NCBI GenBank assembly: GCA_964416505.1
Contig: CAYQEJ010000003.1
Coordinates: 54,034 to 118,033 of the forward strand
From: an uncultured Gammaproteobacteria bacterium
GTDB lineage: Bacteria; Patescibacteriota; Microgenomatia; Levybacterales; UBA12049
Length of the DNA stretch: 64,000 nucleotides
Reading direction: 5' to 3'
In this document: positions 41,426 through 49,059 of the stretch, in pieces
Layout: each line of letters begins with the position of its first letter
How positions within the stretch are numbered: position 1 is the first letter of the stretch
Notes under the pieces: generated by a model
The model's database searches: none
The model's input: the letters and a program-made list of their open reading frames with translations, nothing else
What the model was told of the DNA's origin: nothing
Position numbers and translations under genes: made by a program

Positions 41426-43864
41426 TTATCTCTGTCTAGGGTTTGAGTTTATCCCCCCGCTCACTTGACCCGTAGTGCTTCGTATAGAATTTACTAAAAA
41501 TGAAAGTCCAATTGCGCTTAGGAAGTTTGTTAATCCTTCTTTTCTTTTTTTTCTTTTGATGATTTCATGCTCTATTCTATATGCTTCATAAGCCATTTGC
41601 GCTAAGGTAATCTCCTCAGCGTTCCCTTTAGTCACTGTTTCTTCTAGTCTTTTTTTTGCTGCTTTTAATGCTTCATTTGCGTCTGATTCCATTTCTTCAA
41701 GCTCAGTAGAAAATTCTCTATTTCTTGCTTTTGCTCGAATCTCTGCGCTTTCAAAGGCTTTTTTGTATGCCTCATCGCGCTTTTTAATTGCGTTTGCTAA
41801 TTCTTCATCGGTCATTTTTCTTGGTTTACCATCTCTTTGGGCAGCTTGTTCCAGGAAAATTTCCATATTTAATCTTAATAAAGCTTCTTTTACTTCAGCT
41901 TCTGCTAATCTCCTTTCCAATATCTTTCTGTCCTCAACGCTTAAGGCTCCTTTCATTTCAGCAATTCTTAGTTCTTCCCGTGCTTCATCTACGAGCGTAA
42001 ATACTTTTCTTTCGGGTGCCGCTTGATTATGTTCATCATCGGTATCTGGGAGTTGTTCATCTGTTTCTAATATTTCTTCAGCTTCATCTCTAGGATCAAT
42101 TATTTGATCCACTGGTTGAGATGATGGCTCCATGGCTGTCTCGGTGGCTCCTTCAAGACCTTGTGCAGCTGAAATCATATCGCTAAGTCCCTGATTTGCT
42201 TCAGATGCTTTTATGAATTTTACATTTGGGAATGCCTCTTGAAGTCTTGGAATGGCATCATAATAAGCCTCGTGTACGATTACTCCAGCTATTCCGCCAT
42301 CTTTTAAAGATTGGCCTGGTTTTCCTAGTACAATAAAGCTTCCGTTATCTTTAACGCTTATTGCTGCAGCATTTGGTTTTGAATCAAGATTGGCTGTAAA
42401 GAAACTGGCTTCTTGATCTATGCCATTTGTTAGAAGGTTATTAAGACTTACTAAATCCTGCGTGGTTCCCTTTGCAATCCCATGTGCATCAAATTGAGAA
42501 GCGAGTTCAGGAGGGATTGATCTTCTGGTATCAACTAGCATATAAGGGTCATATGGGAATTCTTCGCCATCAACTAATTCATTTGGATGTTCTTCGATGA
42601 ATCTCTGTGCTTTTCCTGCCATTGCTTGAACTTCATCGGAAGACAATCCAGTTCGATTCGCTTCTGCTGTAGTGGGTGCTGGAACAGATTCTGGCGCTGT
42701 AGCTGAAGTTGCATCTCTTTTTGCTTTTCTTGCGATTGCTTCAGAGAGGCCATGATGTCCTTTTTCGGCATATGCTTTGGATTTTTCAGGATACCGCGCT
42801 AGATATGCATCCCATCCATTCATTTCTTCAATATCTCGTGCAGCTTGAGCTTTCTCTCTCCTACTTGAAGGATCAGCGCTTTGAACTTCAGGGTGTGCAT
42901 TTGCTTTTTCTATAATTTGTGCTTGAAACCTGGTAAGTTCTGGATCTAAATCTGGGTGGTCATAGATATGATCTGGTCCGATGGTTTCCAATCTTGGTGG
43001 ACCAGCGGTAAATCCTTCGGGGAGATTTACGTTTCCTGCTGATTGTGGGGATGTCTCTGGCAAATTTGATGGGTTTATCATTTCCCCGAGACCTTCTGTC
43101 ATTTGATCTGCTCTAATAAATTTTACTCCTGGGTATGCTTCTTGAAGCCTTGGAATAGCATCGTAAAAAGCTTCATTTACTAAAACTGCTGCTATTTCAC
43201 CTCTGGGGTTTTCTGGCGTTTCAATCTTGCCGTCGGGTTTACTAAGGATGATAAAATTTCCCGTATCATATGCTAGGCCACCCATTGCAGATGCAACTTG
43301 AGCTTCAATTTCTGGTGGAACTTTTAATGGTACAGTATGGAAATCACGAGCCTGGTCAATACCGGTAGTTAAAAAAGTATTTAAAGCCGCAAGTTGGTCT
43401 TTGTATCCTCCCTTTGCAATTCCATGCGCATCAAATCTTTGACCTATCTCAACAGGAAGTTGACCTCTCACTCCTACCATGAGATCATCTTGTTCATATT
43501 TAATTTCCTGAATAAATCCAGTTGATTCTGGTATTGGATGATCTCTTATGAAAACAGCAGCATTAGTTCCTAATTCTTGTATTTCTTGGGGGGAAAGGCC
43601 AGTTCTTGTTACTTCCTGACTTGTTAAGCCTGCTGCGTCAGCTAAGCCTGCGTCTATTCTTGGCGGATTTGCTGTTAGATCTGCTTCAATCGCTCCCGCC
43701 AATGCTGTGTTAGCTGCAACCTGCGCAGCATCTGGTGCTTTGGGTGCAGTGGGAGCAGCAGGTGCCCTTACTGCTTCTGCTGGCCGTGGTGCTCCATCTG
43801 GCATTCCTGGTGTTGTAGTCATACGTTCTATCATAAGTCTAGATTTATAAGCTAAGTTTGTCAA
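41426..43864 (-). CDS. Large hypothetical protein (812 aa) with an internal tandem duplication of an approximately 330-aa module, a C-terminal coiled coil and a C-terminal TM anchor
   Basis: Repeated blocks: QFDAHGIAKGGYKDQLAALNTFLTTGIDQ / QFDAHGIAKGTTQDLVSLNNLLTNGIDQ, and FYDAIPRLQEAYPGVKFIRADQMTEGLGEMI / YYDAIPRLQEAFPNVKFIKASEANQGLSDMI. GC-richer than surrounding genes. The stop is 2 nt from the tRNA-Ser 3' end. Confidence 0.55.
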   Translation of the reverse strand: MTNLAYKSRLMIERMTTTPGMPDGAPRPAEAVRAPAAPTAPKAPDAAQVAANTALAGAIEADLTANPPRIDAGLADAAGLTSQEVTRTGLSPQEIQELGTNAAVFIRDHPIPESTGFIQEIKYEQDDLMVGVRGQLPVEIGQRFDAHGIAKGGYKDQLAALNTFLTTGIDQARDFHTVPLKVPPEIEAQVASAMGGLAYDTGNFIILSKPDGKIETPENPRGEIAAVLVNEAFYDAIPRLQEAYPGVKFIRADQMTEGLGEMINPSNLPETSPQSAGNVNLPEGFTAGPPRLETIGPDHIYDHPDLDPELTRFQAQIIEKANAHPEVQSADPSSRREKAQAARDIEEMNGWDAYLARYPEKSKAYAEKGHHGLSEAIARKAKRDATSATAPESVPAPTTAEANRTGLSSDEVQAMAGKAQRFIEEHPNELVDGEEFPYDPYMLVDTRRSIPPELASQFDAHGIAKGTTQDLVSLNNLLTNGIDQEASFFTANLDSKPNAAAISVKDNGSFIVLGKPGQSLKDGGIAGVIVHEAYYDAIPRLQEAFPNVKFIKASEANQGLSDMISAAQGLEGATETAMEPSSQPVDQIIDPRDEAEEILETDEQLPDTDDEHNQAAPERKVFTLVDEAREELRIAEMKGALSVEDRKILERRLAEAEVKEALLRLNMEIFLEQAAQRDGKPRKMTDEELANAIKKRDEAYKKAFESAEIRAKARNREFSTELEEMESDANEALKAAKKRLEETVTKGNAEEITLAQMAYEAYRIEHEIIKRKKRKEGLTNFLSAIGLSFLVNSIRSTTGQVSGGINSNPRQR

Positions 43865-43943
43865 TTTTGCTTATAAACTAAGCGCATTATAGATTTGAGA
43901 CAGAAAACAAGCTTGATATTTACCTTATAAGAAATTTATAAAT

Positions 43944-44285
43944 TTATGCTTGAGGTGGAGCAGTGAGCGTCTTTGCGGTAGAAATTGCTTGTTCAATTTG
44001 TCCCTGCTTTATAAAATCTCTCATTGAGTTTAGGGTTTGATCTCTCTTTTCATCAGTTACTTTTTCCAGTTCTTCAAGATATACTTCATTTGCTTCTTTA
44101 TATTTTTCTCCCAAGCCTTTGAGCTTGGTTAGTAAATCTGCCTGATCTTTAATTGGAAGAGCTGCTAGAAAGTCACGAGCAAGTTGCTGTGCTTCTGGAG
44201 CATTAATTTTATTTTGCTTTAAATGTTCAACGATTAACTCTAATAGTTCTTTTTTAACTTTTTCAATTTCTTCTACCAAATTCAT
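43944..44285 (-). CDS. Small coiled-coil hypothetical protein
   Basis: 113 aa, highly charged helical protein, no family recognised. Confidence 0.45.
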   Translation of the reverse strand: MNLVEEIEKVKKELLELIVEHLKQNKINAPEAQQLARDFLAALPIKDQADLLTKLKGLGEKYKEANEVYLEELEKVTDEKRDQTLNSMRDFIKQGQIEQAISTAKTLTAPPQA

Positions 44286-44403
44286 TACTTCATGTTATCT
44301 CTTTTTTGCTAAAAATTAAATGGTTAGAGTTGACGAAGGATATGGGTTGAGTTACAGTATAGGTATGGATTCTGCCCCAGATGATCAAAGAATAAGTAAT
44401 ACA

Positions 44404-44910
44404 ATGCCTCAAATTCATGATCATAGCGTGAGAACTCTTCTCTCATGGTCAGCTCCTGGAAGGCCTTTTAAAACTCGTGGAAAGCAGTTTTATATGACCG
44501 CTCTTCTTATAGCTTTTTTAATTGAAATACTTTTGTTTTTGTTTCATCAATATATGCTTATGTTTGTTGTAGCTTCTCTTGTGTTTGTTTCGTTTGCTTT
44601 TGCTTATGTACCTCCAAAGAATTTCCATTACAAAATTTCAACTGAAGGATTTATGCTTGAAGACAGATTTTATATTTGGCACGAATTGTATGATTTCTTT
44701 TTTACTAGAAGAAACGGAATAGAAATTTTGAACATAAGAACAAAAAGTATTTATCCAGGAATACTTACTGTAACGCTTGGTGATATCACAAGGGAGCATG
44801 CAAAAGATGTTTTAGTGAGATATCTTCCTTTTAGGGAGTATATAAAACCAACCTTCATGGAAAAATCAGCTGACTGGTTATCCAAAAATTTTCCTCTTGA
44901 GAAAAATTAA
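44404..44910 (+). CDS. Hypothetical membrane protein (2-3 TM)
   Basis: The track ORF starts at 44320, only 34 bp from the divergent upstream gene. The internal ATG 44404 (MPQIHDHS...) is a more plausible start. The hydrophobic core is LLIAFLIEILLFLF...MLMFVVASLVFVSFAFAYV. Confidence 0.4.
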   Translation: MPQIHDHSVRTLLSWSAPGRPFKTRGKQFYMTALLIAFLIEILLFLFHQYMLMFVVASLVFVSFAFAYVPPKNFHYKISTEGFMLEDRFYIWHELYDFFFTRRNGIEILNIRTKSIYPGILTVTLGDITREHAKDVLVRYLPFREYIKPTFMEKSADWLSKNFPLEKN

Positions 44911-44912
44911 AA

Positions 44913-45002
44913 TGGCGGAGAGTGGGAGATTCGAACTCCCGGTCGCCTTACGACGACATCCGCTTTCCAAGCGAACGCACTAGGCCACTATGCGAACTCT
45001 CC
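44913..45002 (-). tRNA. tRNA-Ser (anticodon GGA), CCA encoded
   Basis: The reverse complement GGAGAGTTCGCATAGTGGCCTAGTGCG-TTCGC-tTGGAaa-GCGGA-long variable arm-CCGGGAGTTCGAATCTCCC-ACTCTCC-G-CCA folds as a class II tRNA. Confidence 0.85.
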
Positions 45003-45005
45003 GTG

Positions 45006-45431
45006 CTATATAATTAATTTCCTTGCTTCTTCCCAAGCTTCCTTTTCTGAATCATAAGTCAATTTTTTAGAAACATCATTATAATCTATCCACAAAACAT
45101 CTTCCATTTCATTATCGTGATTGTTAGTGTCTCCGCCTTTAAATTTCATCACAAAATAATAGACGGTTTTTTTTATTTTCTCACCATTCCAAACGTAGAA
45201 ATATGATGTTGGTTTTATTTCTTTTTCAATTTCTCCAATTATCCCTGTTTCTTCTTCAACTTCGCGAAGTGCTGTTTCTTCTTTCGTTTGATGTTTATTT
45301 TCTTCCTTATCTCCAATAAGTCCTTTGGGAAAAACCCATCCATGATGTTGTGAATGCTGAGCGATAAGAATTAGAGTTCTATCTCCATCTTTTTTATAAA
45401 CTATTCCTCCAGCGCTAAATTCAAGTGTCAT
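45006..45431 (-). CDS. NUDIX hydrolase
   Basis: Nudix box GLIGDKEENKHQTKEETALREVEEETGI (GX5EX7REVXEEXGU). Confidence 0.8.
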   Translation of the reverse strand: MTLEFSAGGIVYKKDGDRTLILIAQHSQHHGWVFPKGLIGDKEENKHQTKEETALREVEEETGIIGEIEKEIKPTSYFYVWNGEKIKKTVYYFVMKFKGGDTNNHDNEMEDVLWIDYNDVSKKLTYDSEKEAWEEARKLII

Positions 45432-45474
45432 AATATTAAGTGTTTACACAGAAAACTTCCTAGAAATTATTTTG

Positions 45475-45559
45475 CGGAGGGTACAGGATTCGAACCTGTG
45501 TAGGACTTGCGCCCTCGAGTTTTCGAAACTCGTGCAATTGGCCACTATGCGAACCCTCC
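45475..45559 (-). tRNA. tRNA-Ser (anticodon CGA)
   Basis: The reverse complement GGAGGGT...CGAGT-tTCGAaa-ACTCG...GGTTCGAATCC...ACCCTCC-G has a long variable arm. 85 nt. Confidence 0.8.
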
Positions 45560-45564
45560 TTATG

Positions 45565-45638
45565 CACCCTCGAATGGATTCGAACCATCGACCTTAGCGT
45601 CCGCAACGCTACGCTCTATCCAGCTGAGCTACGAGGGC
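45565..45638 (-). tRNA. tRNA-Arg, anticodon read as GCG (G34 instead of the usual A34/I34)
   Basis: The reverse complement GCCCTCG-TA-GCTCAGCTGGATAGAGC-G-TAGCG-tTGCGGa-CGCTA-AGGTC-GATGGTTCGAATCCATT-CGAGGGT-G. The D-arm GTAGCTCAGCTGGATAGAG is characteristic of tRNA-Arg. Acceptor has G1-U72. Confidence 0.65.
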
Positions 45639-45692
45639 TTGCTCTCTTAGGGCATATGCGTATTTTAGTTCATTATATGAGGCCAATCAAGC

Positions 45693-46670
45693 TTAGAGGT
45701 GTATGCATTTAACAAAAGGGATATAAAATGTTTTTGTTAATATTTTAATTGATCTAAACATCATGCTGCAGCTAATTTTTGGAGTCTGAATAATAATTTT
45801 GGGAGTAGGTGTGGGTGGTATTGGGGTTATGCTTGGGATCATGGAGGGAATAGGGGATAGAGTGGGTATTGAAGTGGGTAAATTTGTAGGGCTAGGAGCA
45901 TTCGTAGGTGATAATGACGGAATTGGGCTTAATATTTGAGTGGGAGAAGGTGCGGAAGATGGTGTTGGTGATTGAGAAACGCTTGGAGTTAAAGTAGAAG
46001 TAGGCGTATCTGTTGGAAGAGTCTCAGGACTAGATAAGTTGTTTTGAGCTTGCGGAATAGATCTTACTATGAAATCTAATGCGTTATTATTCGTGTCTTC
46101 AGAGTTTCCTGTCAATTCATCCACTCCACCACTACTCATGGAAATTGCAGTGGAAAAGCTCTTAGCTTTTCTTTCTATGCTTGTATTTGCGTCAGGAGCC
46201 GTGAGAGCTGTGCCTTCCCCAAGGGGATTATCTGGTGTACCGAGTGTTACGGAATCAATAAGAGCCCCTGTATTTACTGGTTCACTTCTTAAACCAATAC
46301 TATTGTTGTTTGAAATTGTATCCGAAGAAGTTTTATCGCATGTCAGCGTAGCATTAAGAGCTGTATTACACCATAGATAATACCCATGAGCTTTTATCGT
46401 ATCGGATGCGTTAAATACTATTATGTCTGTGTCAGTAGCGCCGCTGCTAGATCTTTTTACTAGTCTTATATCGCCTAAATTTATGTCCGAAGAGGTTGGG
46501 TTATAAAGCTCTACGAAGTCATCATTTGATGTAGCTCCTGCAATTTGAATTTCTGAAATCACAACATTAGTCGCAGGCGCTGCTGATGCGTTTTGAGAAA
46601 AATTAAAAATAACTGCTAGAAAAAGAAGCGTTAGTGAGGATCCCATAAACGTTTGGACAATACGTTTCAT
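45693..46670 (-). CDS. Secreted lamin-tail-domain (LTD) protein with a P/S/T-rich C-terminal linker
   Basis: Signal peptide ...FSQNASA|APA. ATNVVISEIQIAGATSNDDFVELYNPTSSDINLGDIRLVKRSSSG...HGYYLW matches the LTD consensus (V.I.E......NEFVEL.N.....V.L.GW.L). This is followed by about 120 aa of SPTP repeats. Confidence 0.55.
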   Translation of the reverse strand: MKRIVQTFMGSSLTLLFLAVIFNFSQNASAAPATNVVISEIQIAGATSNDDFVELYNPTSSDINLGDIRLVKRSSSGATDTDIIVFNASDTIKAHGYYLWCNTALNATLTCDKTSSDTISNNNSIGLRSEPVNTGALIDSVTLGTPDNPLGEGTALTAPDANTSIERKAKSFSTAISMSSGGVDELTGNSEDTNNNALDFIVRSIPQAQNNLSSPETLPTDTPTSTLTPSVSQSPTPSSAPSPTQILSPIPSLSPTNAPSPTNLPTSIPTLSPIPSMIPSITPIPPTPTPKIIIQTPKISCSMMFRSIKILTKTFYIPFVKCIHL

Positions 46671-46749
46671 GGCTATAGTTTAGGTATAGTATTATACGGA
46701 AGCTATGTCAATATGAGTAAATATATCGAAAACACTCAATATTCTGGGG

Positions 46750-46839
46750 CGGAGGAGATGAGATTCGAACTCATGCGAGACTTATTCAGCCTCAGGGGGT
46801 TAGCAACCCCCCGCAATGGACCAACTATGCGACTCCTCC
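46750..46839 (-). tRNA. tRNA-Ser (anticodon GCT)
   Basis: The reverse complement GGAGGAGTCGCATAGTTGGTCCATTGC-GGGGG-tTGCTAa-CCCCC-long variable arm-GCATGAGTTCGAATCTCAT-CTCCTCC-G. 90 nt. Confidence 0.8.
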
Positions 46840-46880
46840 TGAGTCGATTAATTATACATCAATAGAGGCTATTTTGCAGA

Positions 46881-47444
46881 TTAAACTTCGTATTCGTAGA
46901 TCTTGCCGCGTTCATTTTCGTATGAAGCCATTTGCATGTCAGTCATTTTTTCAAAGTATTTTCTAAAGGGTCTAATGCTATTTCCGGAAGCACAAATTAG
47001 AATTACATCATTTTGCCAAACATTTGCTAAAAGTTCTTTTATAAATTCAGTTACTCGAATTTCTACATCTTTTATGCTTTCTCCGTTGGGTGGAGGAGTG
47101 TCATAGCCTCGATGCCAAGCTGGATATTCTTTAGGATAAAGTTCTTCTGTCTTCTTCTTGTTTTTACCTGTTAGATCTCCATAGTCCCTTTCTCGGAGTC
47201 TTGGATCAGCGATTACGATTATTTCTGCTCCCTTATGGGCTTCTAGTACAATTTCCAAAGTATGCTTACATCTGATGAGAGGAGAGGTAAAAGCTTTTGT
47301 AATTTTTTCATTTTTTAAATGCAGTGCAATTTTTTTAGCCTCTTCAATTCCTGAGTCTGTTAAATCTGGATTTCTCTTTCCAGAAAAAATATTTTCAAGA
47401 TTATCAGTAGTCTGACCATGTCGAAAAAGAAATAATTTTGCCAT
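46881..47444 (-). CDS. Histidine phosphatase superfamily protein (phosphoglycerate mutase-like, GpmB/PhoE type)
   Basis: N-terminal catalytic motif LFLFRHGQTTDN, plus the downstream catalytic His in ...ICASGNS. Confidence 0.8.
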   Translation of the reverse strand: MAKLFLFRHGQTTDNLENIFSGKRNPDLTDSGIEEAKKIALHLKNEKITKAFTSPLIRCKHTLEIVLEAHKGAEIIVIADPRLRERDYGDLTGKNKKKTEELYPKEYPAWHRGYDTPPPNGESIKDVEIRVTEFIKELLANVWQNDVILICASGNSIRPFRKYFEKMTDMQMASYENERGKIYEYEV

Positions 47445-47461
47445 TATGCTTATATAAGAAT

Positions 47462-48157
47462 ATGAGAATTCTCGATCTTATTTTCCCAAAATATTGTGTA
47501 AATTGCAAAAAATATGGCGATTTTCTATGTGTTAACTGCTTTTCCAGGTTATCATTTGATACGAAAAATATTTGTCTTTTGTGCGGAAAGCCTTCTTATG
47601 ATGGATTAACTCATCCAATTTGTTATAGAAAAAACGGAATAGAAGGATCTTTTACTGGAATAGTATTCAATTCGATTTCTAGAAAACTTATTTATCAGTT
47701 TAAGTACAAACCTTTTTTATCAGGATTAGGTGCATTCTTGGGAGAATTATTATATGAGTCATTAATTCAAAATGAAGAATTTGAGAGGGTGATTGAAAAA
47801 TATGATGTTATCTTAGTTCCAGTTCCCCTGAGTGTTAATAAACTTCGGAAAAGAGGATATAATCAGGCTGGAGTTTTAGCAAAAGAACTTGGAAAGAAAT
47901 TAAGCATGCCGGTTTTAGATTGTTTGCTAAGGGTAAAAGATACAAAGACTCAGGTAGGACTTAGTAAAAAAGAAAGACAGGAGAATATTAAGGACGCTTT
48001 TCAAGTTAGAGATAAAATGGTTGAGAAGGTTAAAAATAAAAACATACTTATAATCGATGATGTTTTAACAACTGGCGCTACTTTTTCTGAAATAACTAGG
48101 ATTTTGAAGGATGCAAAAGTGAATAAAGTCTGGGGTGTCGCTCTTGCCAGGGAGTAA
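47462..48157 (+). CDS. comF: ComF-family (ComFC-like) phosphoribosyltransferase-domain protein
   Basis: N-terminal 4-Cys zinc finger (CVNCKKYGDFLCVNC...CLLCGKPS...HPIC) and C-terminal PRTase motif ILIIDDVLTTGATFSEI. Start moved to ATG 47462 to avoid a divergent overlap with the phosphatase gene. Confidence 0.75.
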   Translation: MRILDLIFPKYCVNCKKYGDFLCVNCFSRLSFDTKNICLLCGKPSYDGLTHPICYRKNGIEGSFTGIVFNSISRKLIYQFKYKPFLSGLGAFLGELLYESLIQNEEFERVIEKYDVILVPVPLSVNKLRKRGYNQAGVLAKELGKKLSMPVLDCLLRVKDTKTQVGLSKKERQENIKDAFQVRDKMVEKVKNKNILIIDDVLTTGATFSEITRILKDAKVNKVWGVALARE

Positions 48158-49016
48158 CTTCTTCTCCCTTTGCTCTTCTTCTCTCGGTTAGAAATTGAGG
48201 ATTATATCTCATGAAATCTGGCATGTGACGAACTGCTTTTTTGATGTCTTCAGCGCGTCTTCTCGAAGCTTTTCTTTCTCCAGGGGTGATTTTTAACCCA
48301 TATTGTCTCATTAGTTCTGGGTGTAGCATATCGAGCGCCTGAAGTCGCATAAAATCTTTAATTGCTTTTGGGACAGATGCATATTCAAGCAAAATATATG
48401 GCATTAAGCTCATCGCAGCGCCACCTACAGCAAGCCGTCCGTCGAAAATCATTGTTTCTAAGTGAGTTTGGATTCCGTCATATGTTTGAGGCAATGTTTC
48501 TGGTTTTAAACCCATTGGGCTAAAAACTCCTGTAATTGCGTCTTTGGCGTATTCATCTTTTTCAGGATCTGATAAAGGGCCAACAAATCTTTGATATCCT
48601 TCAACTGAGCCGACGATTAATGTACCCGCAACTACTCCTTGGCTTTCTTGAGTCATAGGAGAGTAGGGTTGACCTTCTCGATGTGCGCCAGTTGTTGTAA
48701 CCAGTCTTCGTCTAAAATCTGGGTTCGCATGAGCTTTGTTAATGCGCGTTATTGCTTCTTCCGCTTCTGCATTAGTTCCATGAATAATGTCAAATCCAAG
48801 TGTTGCATTTAGTCTTAATCTTCCGAGCGTGTTTCTTTGAATCTCGCCTGTATAAACTAAGAGTTCAGCAACTCTTGGATCAGCTGCCTGAGTTAGTAGG
48901 GCACCTTGTCCACTAAGTATCGGAGTAGCCTCGCTAGCTACTCTTATTAATGCGCCATTTGGATTAAATCTTAAATTATTTGGACCAGAATCTGGTCCAT
49001 ACTCAACGTTTGGCAT
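48096..49016 (-). CDS. Hypothetical protein with atypical (GC- and Arg-rich) composition
   Basis: Continuous ORF. Start set at ATG 49016 (MPNVEYGP...) because the 23 upstream in-frame codons are the tmRNA terminator hairpin. GC is markedly higher than the window average. The 3' end overlaps the comF 3' end by about 60 nt. No confident family; a possible MpaB/DUF2236-like oxygenase is only a guess. Confidence 0.45.
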   Translation of the reverse strand: MPNVEYGPDSGPNNLRFNPNGALIRVASEATPILSGQGALLTQAADPRVAELLVYTGEIQRNTLGRLRLNATLGFDIIHGTNAEAEEAITRINKAHANPDFRRRLVTTTGAHREGQPYSPMTQESQGVVAGTLIVGSVEGYQRFVGPLSDPEKDEYAKDAITGVFSPMGLKPETLPQTYDGIQTHLETMIFDGRLAVGGAAMSLMPYILLEYASVPKAIKDFMRLQALDMLHPELMRQYGLKITPGERKASRRRAEDIKKAVRHMPDFMRYNPQFLTERRRAKGEEVTPWQERHPRLYSLLHPSKS

Positions 49017-49026
49017 ATGTATAAAA

Positions 49027-49052
49027 AAACCCGCACGTGGCGGGTTTTTTAG
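49027..49052 (-). terminator. Rho-independent terminator of ssrA (perfect palindromic hairpin flanked by A and T runs, potentially bidirectional)
   Basis: AAAAAAACCCGCCACGTGCGGGTTTTTTT on the minus strand: 9-bp GC-rich stem, 4-nt loop, U-tract, immediately after the tmRNA 3' acceptor. Confidence 0.7.
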
Positions 49053-49059
49053 TGTGGAG

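Noticed and set aside
24030-43864. Interpretation as an integrative conjugative element or prophage
   Set aside because: No integrase, recombinase, transposase, excisionase, relaxase or phage structural genes are visible, and no obvious att direct repeat was spotted by eye. Only compositional mosaicism and tRNA proximity suggest a foreign origin.
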